From: an uncultured Clostridium sp.
GTDB lineage: Bacteria; Bacillota; Clostridia; TANB77; CAG-508
DNA: 64,000 nt
NCBI GenBank assembly: GCA_900553985.1
Contig: USFW01000003.1
Span: forward strand, 31,492-95,491
Direction: 5' to 3'
Shown here piece after piece: positions 58,582 to 64,000 of the stretch. Position numbers and translations under genes: made by a program. Each line of letters starts with the position of its first letter. Within the stretch, counting starts at the first letter, position 1. The notes under the pieces were generated by a model. The model saw only the letters and a program-made list of their open reading frames with translations. It was not told where the DNA came from and did no database searches.

Positions 58582-58705
58582 AATGTTATAAATGATAAAG
58601 AATTTATAACGAAGACTGATTCAAAAAGAGACTAAGTTGAAATACATGAATCTTTTATTAACATGTGTTCATTTTGAGTAAAACGAGAAAGGAAAAGAAG
58701 TTTAT

Positions 58706-59023
58706 ATGGAAAATAGTAGAAGATTTACAGAAATAGATGAAGAGTTTATATGTGAAAATTGTGGAAAAAAAGTAACAAAACTAGGTTATTCTTGTAGAGA
58801 CCATTGTCCTTTTTGTTTACACTCAAAACATGTAGATAAAAATCCGGGAGATAGAGCAGAAGAATGCCATGGTGACTTAGAACCAGTTAGTTTAGAGATT
58901 CATAGCAAAAAAGGTTATGTTATTATTTACAGATGTAAAAAATGTGGTGCAATTAGAAAAAATAAGTCAGCAAAAGATGATAATATGGATTTAATAATTG
59001 ACTTAAGTAGTAAGCAGATATAA
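58706..59023 (+). CDS. RNHCP domain protein
   Basis: CENCGK...RDHCPFCLHSKHVD..PGDR...CHG motif set typical of the RNHCP family. Confidence 0.7.
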   Translation: MENSRRFTEIDEEFICENCGKKVTKLGYSCRDHCPFCLHSKHVDKNPGDRAEECHGDLEPVSLEIHSKKGYVIIYRCKKCGAIRKNKSAKDDNMDLIIDLSSKQI

Positions 59024-59073
59024 AATAAATAAAAATGAATTGAAAATTAAACATTAAAATGTATAATTTCAAT

Positions 59074-59310
59074 TCATTTTTTATTTGGAATATAATCAAT
59101 AATATCAGTAATTTTGCAATTTAAATAATCACATAATCTTGCTATAACAAATATATCAAATCGGACTAATTCACCTGATATTATTCTTTTTAATACTTTA
59201 AAATCTGTATTTGTATCTTTCATTAATTTATTTATACTAATTTTTTTCTTTCTTAGAATATCATCTAGTTTAAATAAATATTCTCCTTTTTCTATATTCA
59301 ATTTTACCAT
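59074..59310 (-). CDS. XRE-family HTH transcriptional regulator
   Basis: 78 aa. The HTH-like centre (ISINKLMKDTNTDFKVLKRIISGE) and the C-terminus (LCDYLNCKITDII) are typical of short Cro/CI-type regulators. Divergent from gene 59431. Confidence 0.7.
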   Translation of the reverse strand: MVKLNIEKGEYLFKLDDILRKKKISINKLMKDTNTDFKVLKRIISGELVRFDIFVIARLCDYLNCKITDIIDYIPNKK

Positions 59311-59318
59311 ATTTATCT

Positions 59319-59388
59319 CCTAAAAAACTATAAAAACATTATATAGTTTTTTAGGTTACTTGACTATTGGTTATATAACCAGTATAAT
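59319..59388. promoter_or_regulatory. divergent control region: 14-bp inverted repeat and a promoter with a palindromic spacer
   Basis: CCTAAAAAACTATA (59319-59332) pairs perfectly with TATAGTTTTTTAGG (59342-59355) and overlaps the XRE SD. Promoter: TTGACT (59360-59365), 17 nt, TATAAT (59383-59388). The spacer holds the palindrome TGGTTATATAACCA (59368-59381). Confidence 0.6.
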
Positions 59389-59430
59389 GTGTATGGATTA
59401 ATTTTTGAGAAAAAAGGAGAAATAAAATAA

Positions 59431-60585
59431 ATGAAAAAACTAAAAAAAGAAAATAAAGTTAAAATTGAAAGAAAAAATGAGATTGGAATTACATTAATAG
59501 CATTAGTAATTACAATTATTGTATTATTAATTTTAACAGGAGTATCAATAGCGATGCTAACAGGGGATAATGGAATATTAAAACAAGCAACTGAAGCTAA
59601 AGTACAAACAGATATAGGAGAACAAACAGAAAAAATAAAATTAGCAGTAACAGATGCTAAAATAACAAACGAAGAGTATCAAGAGTTAAATTTTGAAAAT
59701 TTACGAAATGCAATAGCTAAACAATTTGGAAATGTGGCAGAAGTAACAGCCAATGCAGATGGAACATTTTTAGTAAAAATTAGGGATAGAACTTATAATA
59801 TTTTTTCTGATGGAACAGTATATTTAAAAGATCCAAGTAATTTTGCTAGTTTAATAACTCCACAAAACTATGGAGAAAAAGTAAAATATAGTGCTAATGG
59901 AGTAACTGATTGGAAAATTTTTTATAATGACGGAAATAATGTATTTTTAATTGCATCTGATTATTTAGAAAATACAAAGATACCTTCTGATTTAGGGATT
60001 GTAGGAGAAGGAACATATAAGGTTAGTTGGAACGAATTGATATATAGTGGAGCAGAAGATGTGAAACAAGAAATAGCTAATAAATATAAGTTAAAATGTT
60101 ATCCGGACAATAAAAATAGTATGAAGGCAGTAGCTAGTTTAATGGATATAGAAAAGTGGAAGGTTTTCGTAGACACTAATGTAGCAGATTCTGCTATTGG
60201 CAGTCCAACAATAGAAATGTTTTGTGATAGTTGGAATCAAAAAGGATATACACAATTATATTGTAATAATTATGATAGTAGAGGATATTTTGTAGGGGGG
60301 AATGACAAACCATCTACTATGAAATATGATATTTCAAGTAATGCTGGATATAATGATAAATTATATTATCCACATAAGGAATTAACGGAAGATGGATGTA
60401 TGGGATATTTTTTAGCTTCAACAGTAGCTAATGATAGTGGAAATTTAATGAGAATTAGTTCAGCAGGAAATATAAATTATAGGCATCAAAGTGTTGCACT
60501 TGAAGGATTACGTCCAGTCGTATGTTTGAAAACTTCAATAAATGGTGAATGGGATAAGAATAAAAATGAATGGATATTAAAATAA
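59431..60585 (+). CDS. secreted/anchored protein with a type IV pilin-like N-terminus, unknown C-terminal domain
   Basis: ...ERKNEIG|ITLIALVITIIVLLILTGVSIAMLTGDNGIL is nearly identical to the N-terminus of ORF 16429. The C-terminal ~330 aa are unrelated to that protein. Confidence 0.7.
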   Translation: MKKLKKENKVKIERKNEIGITLIALVITIIVLLILTGVSIAMLTGDNGILKQATEAKVQTDIGEQTEKIKLAVTDAKITNEEYQELNFENLRNAIAKQFGNVAEVTANADGTFLVKIRDRTYNIFSDGTVYLKDPSNFASLITPQNYGEKVKYSANGVTDWKIFYNDGNNVFLIASDYLENTKIPSDLGIVGEGTYKVSWNELIYSGAEDVKQEIANKYKLKCYPDNKNSMKAVASLMDIEKWKVFVDTNVADSAIGSPTIEMFCDSWNQKGYTQLYCNNYDSRGYFVGGNDKPSTMKYDISSNAGYNDKLYYPHKELTEDGCMGYFLASTVANDSGNLMRISSAGNINYRHQSVALEGLRPVVCLKTSINGEWDKNKNEWILK

Positions 60586-60703
60586 AAAAGTTTATAAATA
60601 GGTACGAATTTATTATTGGTTTTATAGTAAGAATAAACATAAAAAGGATAATGGGAATTTATAATTTCACAAAAACTAAGATAATTTTTATTGAAAATTA
60701 GAA

Positions 60704-60748
60704 AGTTAAAATGAAATAGGGACATAAAAAATTTCATTTTATGTTCCT
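60704..60748. terminator. bidirectional terminator
   Basis: AAATAGGGACATAAAA / TTTTATGTTCCTATTT stem between convergent genes. Confidence 0.65.
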
Positions 60749-60757
60749 ATTTTATTT

Positions 60758-63340
60758 TTAAATCTCACGATTCAAATTCCCATTAGTATAATTTTTTCCC
60801 TCTAATCTTTCACCATTTCTAACTTTTGAAACAATATTATTAATCTCATCAATATTTTCCTCTAAAATATCAACCCTAGCAAAATTAATATTAAAATCAG
60901 AAGGAGAAATTGAAGTTATTTTACTATTATAAATAGTTGTAACAGTTTGAATGTTATCAGGTGAAATTTGAAAAGTCATATTAAGTCTATCTTTCAGAAG
61001 ATAAGAATTTTTACTATTACACTTTTGTTTACAAGTAGGATAACATTTATCAGTTTCACCAAGCAAGCAATAATTCATATTAAGAACTGGAGTTTTCCCA
61101 TATACAATTAATTCATTATCTAAAGTATTACAAATTGATAAAGAATTAATGGTAGTTTTATCTAATTCGGGAGAAATAGTATATCTAATTGCTCCTAATT
61201 CTTTTAACTCTGAAATAGTATAGTTATTATACACATTAAATGTATAGTTGGTAATTATTTCAAAATTTTTATTAAATTCTTTAGATAAAGATTCTAATAA
61301 TTTAAAATTGCATATATTAGAAATCACAAAACCTTGTATCTTATAATTTTGCAAAGTATTTTCTATATTAGATAAAAGTAAATTTTTATAATTTGACTTT
61401 ATAATAGTTGGCATATAAATATATATATTAAATTTACTATCTAAAATATGTAATATATCAGCAAAAGTTCTGTTAGTAAAATACTTAAGAGGTATATAAA
61501 CATTTTTTATTTTATCACTTAACTTTGAATAATCATAATCTAAATTCAAAATATTTAGTAATACTGAAATATCAAAATTTTTAGAGTTACTATTAAAAAC
61601 TAGATTACCTTTAATAGCTTTAGTAAGTCCAATATTTTCATAGTTACAATTTGAGTTTAAGCTGTTTTCAATATTTTCAGGATTACAGTTCAAATTTAAT
61701 TTATTATCTTCAGTTTTATTATTTACATTTGATTCATTGCATGGTAAATTATAGCCATCTAAATTAAAATAATTGTTTCTCTTAATTTTTTTAAGAGCAT
61801 AATCTTCAACTAAGGCTAAAACTTTTCTTCTTAAATCATTTAAAAGACTTAATTTAGGAATAAACAATCCGGCATCTAAATCTATATTAAAATGTTTAAA
61901 CTCAAAAGGAGTAGAAGCTGTTTTTGAAAATTGACTTATTATAGTTTCTTCACTTAAAGGTCTATTTTTAGCTTCTAATGGAATTAAATCAGAAACATAA
62001 TTTATAAATAAATCTTTATATAATTCTATATTAGAAGATGAGGATACTGAAACTACAATAGGTTTACCTTCTTTTATAGAAATATTGCAATTAAGAGCAA
62101 CTTTTCTATATTCTTTAGAATAACTTGATTTTGCTAAATCGCTTAATTCTTTTGAACTCATTTTATAAACATTATTACCTAATTTAATATTTCCCTTCAT
62201 TCTACCAATAATTACAGTATCTCCAACATTAGTTTCAGTAATATTTTTATTATTACAATTCATCAACTCAGAAACAGTATAAGAACCTTGCTCATAATCA
62301 ACAGAAATTGTATCACCAATCTTAATAGGTTCGTTTAGTTTTATTGTAATTAATCCTTTTTTTTCATTATATTTTTGAATCTTTCCTAAGTAAAGACCCA
62401 TATTATTAGGCTTTTCCTTATAAACTAAATCTTTATTCCCAGAATTAGATAAATGCCCAGAAGAAGACATGCCTCTATTAAAAACTTGTAATAGTTCTTT
62501 TCTATCATTTTCATCGATAATATATTCTTCATTAGAATATGCTAAATCTATATATTTTCTATAAATTCTAGTTACAGTAGCAACATATTCAGGATTTTTC
62601 ATTCTACCTTCAATTTTAAAACATTTAACACCTGATTCTATTAACTTAGGAATATAATCTAAACCACATAAATCACGAGTACTTAAAAGATATCCTGAAT
62701 TTATTTTTTTATCATTTTCTAATAACTCAAAAGGTAATCTACAAGGACCAGCACATTTGCCTCTGTTGCCAGAACGGCCACCTATCATACTAGAAAAAAG
62801 ACATTGACCAGAATAAGAAATACATAAAGCTCCATGGATAAAAGTTTCAATTTCTACATCAGTATTTTTACAAATAAAATCAATATCATTTACAGAAAGT
62901 TCTCTTGAAAGAACAATTCTTTTAAAACCTAAATCTTGTAACTCTAAAGCTCCATTTAAATTATGAACAGTCATTTGAGTACTAGCATGAACTGGTAAAT
63001 CAGGAAAAGTTTTTATTAATTTCATTGCTAAACCTAAATCCTGAACAATAATTGCATCAATTCCAAATTTATAAGCTTTTTTAGCTAAGTTTAGAGCTGA
63101 TTCAAGTTCATTATTTTTTATTAATGTATTTAATGTAAGATTTGTCTTAACTCCTCTTATTTTTGCATATTCAATAACCTTCTCTAAGGTTTCGTCATCA
63201 AAATTAGTAGCAAAAGCTCTAGCGCTAAAAATATCAGCACCAAAATATACACTATTTGCACCATTTTGAACGGCAGCTTTTAAACATTCAAAATCACCAA
63301 CAGGTGAAAGTAATTCAACCATAATTTTATATATAACCAA
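60758..63340 (-). CDS. U32-family peptidase (long form)
   Basis: VELLSPVGDFECLKAAVQNGANSVYFG N-terminus and E.F.HGALC..YSG.C motif typical of peptidase U32. Long C-terminal extension. The exact start is uncertain (TTG 63340 or ATG 63322). Confidence 0.85.
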   Translation of the reverse strand: MVIYKIMVELLSPVGDFECLKAAVQNGANSVYFGADIFSARAFATNFDDETLEKVIEYAKIRGVKTNLTLNTLIKNNELESALNLAKKAYKFGIDAIIVQDLGLAMKLIKTFPDLPVHASTQMTVHNLNGALELQDLGFKRIVLSRELSVNDIDFICKNTDVEIETFIHGALCISYSGQCLFSSMIGGRSGNRGKCAGPCRLPFELLENDKKINSGYLLSTRDLCGLDYIPKLIESGVKCFKIEGRMKNPEYVATVTRIYRKYIDLAYSNEEYIIDENDRKELLQVFNRGMSSSGHLSNSGNKDLVYKEKPNNMGLYLGKIQKYNEKKGLITIKLNEPIKIGDTISVDYEQGSYTVSELMNCNNKNITETNVGDTVIIGRMKGNIKLGNNVYKMSSKELSDLAKSSYSKEYRKVALNCNISIKEGKPIVVSVSSSSNIELYKDLFINYVSDLIPLEAKNRPLSEETIISQFSKTASTPFEFKHFNIDLDAGLFIPKLSLLNDLRRKVLALVEDYALKKIKRNNYFNLDGYNLPCNESNVNNKTEDNKLNLNCNPENIENSLNSNCNYENIGLTKAIKGNLVFNSNSKNFDISVLLNILNLDYDYSKLSDKIKNVYIPLKYFTNRTFADILHILDSKFNIYIYMPTIIKSNYKNLLLSNIENTLQNYKIQGFVISNICNFKLLESLSKEFNKNFEIITNYTFNVYNNYTISELKELGAIRYTISPELDKTTINSLSICNTLDNELIVYGKTPVLNMNYCLLGETDKCYPTCKQKCNSKNSYLLKDRLNMTFQISPDNIQTVTTIYNSKITSISPSDFNINFARVDILEENIDEINNIVSKVRNGERLEGKNYTNGNLNREI

Positions 63341-63632
63341 TTCCTTTCATTTATTTTTTAGTATTTTGAGTATATATCTATTAACTAAATTCGACATTAT
63401 TATATCATTTTCAATCTTTTTTGTAAAATTTTATTAAATATTAATTTTAAAACCAGTATTTTCATTGTATTTAAAAAATCTATGGTAATTTCAAGTAAAA
63501 ATGTGCTATAATATTAAATAGAAAATAAAATTTAAAATACATTTTAATTGTTAATGTTTATTTTGACTTTCACAATTAAAATGCAAATTAAAGTAAATAA
63601 TGTATAACAATTATAAAAAGGAGAGTGAATAT

Positions 63633-63908
63633 ATGGTATATACACTTTGCAAATATCCAGATGAAACAGAGGTAGTTTTTTCAGATATTCGTAAAAAAGA
63701 CAATGGAGAAGAATATATTAGAGTTTCTTTTGAACGACCTACTGAACATGGATTTGATACAGTTGTTTTTGAACTTCCTAGCTATAAAATAGTAGAGAGG
63801 GATGGACAGTATTCAGATGAAGAGGTAGAAGAATTTAGAAAAATAGTTGAAAGAGGAGCACATCTATTTTTTAAGTATGCGCGTGAAGGAGGTCTTAAAT
63901 TTGCCTAA
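63633..63908 (+). CDS. hypothetical protein (91 aa)
   Basis: The ATG at 63633 is 7 nt after AGGAGAG. I recognise no family. Confidence 0.45.
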   Translation: MVYTLCKYPDETEVVFSDIRKKDNGEEYIRVSFERPTEHGFDTVVFELPSYKIVERDGQYSDEEVEEFRKIVERGAHLFFKYAREGGLKFA

Positions 63909-63916
63909 TTTATTAG

Positions 63917-64000
63917 AAACAATGCGGTTATAAAATTTATTTTTGGTCTAATGAGAACGATGAACCTATTCATGTGCATGTTTCAAAAGGTAAACCAAAT
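63917..64000 (+). CDS. DUF4160-like protein fragment (runs off the window); start codon out of frame
   Basis: The frame reads ...GYKIYFWSNENDEPIHVHVSKGKPN, similar to the F.FYSNE..EP.H.HV motif of DUF4160. The only nearby ATG (63922) is displaced by one base (ATG C GGT TAT...). Confidence 0.35.

Overview
Strongly AT-rich chromosomal window from an endospore-forming Firmicute (Clostridia-like). Almost all genes are on the + strand.

Recognisable content:
- Housekeeping genes: lexA, thrS with a Thr T-box leader, rplU-rpmA, era-yqzL-recO, hpf, murC, pth, rng, rimO, trpS, obg, tRNA-Thr and tRNA-Glu.
- Sporulation genes: sigH, spoVG, spoIVB, an alpha/beta-type SASP, an H-type SASP, a GH18 YaaH-like hydrolase and a Spo0E-like protein.
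- Metal homeostasis: an ArsR/CadC regulator with a P1B-type ATPase, and a candidate Mn2+ riboswitch with a P2-type ATPase.
- A heterodimeric ABC exporter pair.
- A SipW/TasA-like secreted-fibre operon.

Features not explained by routine annotation:
1. A family of four ~250-280 bp whole-length foldback elements in intergenic regions, all in the same orientation. Substitutions are mirrored between the two arms, while the internal-loop sequences are conserved.
2. A ~12 kb Tad/Flp-like type IV filament locus (29489-41224). Its pilin-like genes all begin MENA(S/A)(K/D)AL with no leader peptide. No prepilin peptidase gene was recognised in the window.
3. A compact par/Fst-style type I toxin-antitoxin candidate at 56585-56843.
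4. Two paralogous modules, each pairing a divergent XRE regulator with a protein that has a pilin-like N-terminus. Each module has its own palindromic operators.
5. Single-base frameshifts in spoIVB and in an ABC transporter gene, both next to rare CGG/CCGG strings.

All calls come from reading the sequence and the supplied translations. No database search was run.
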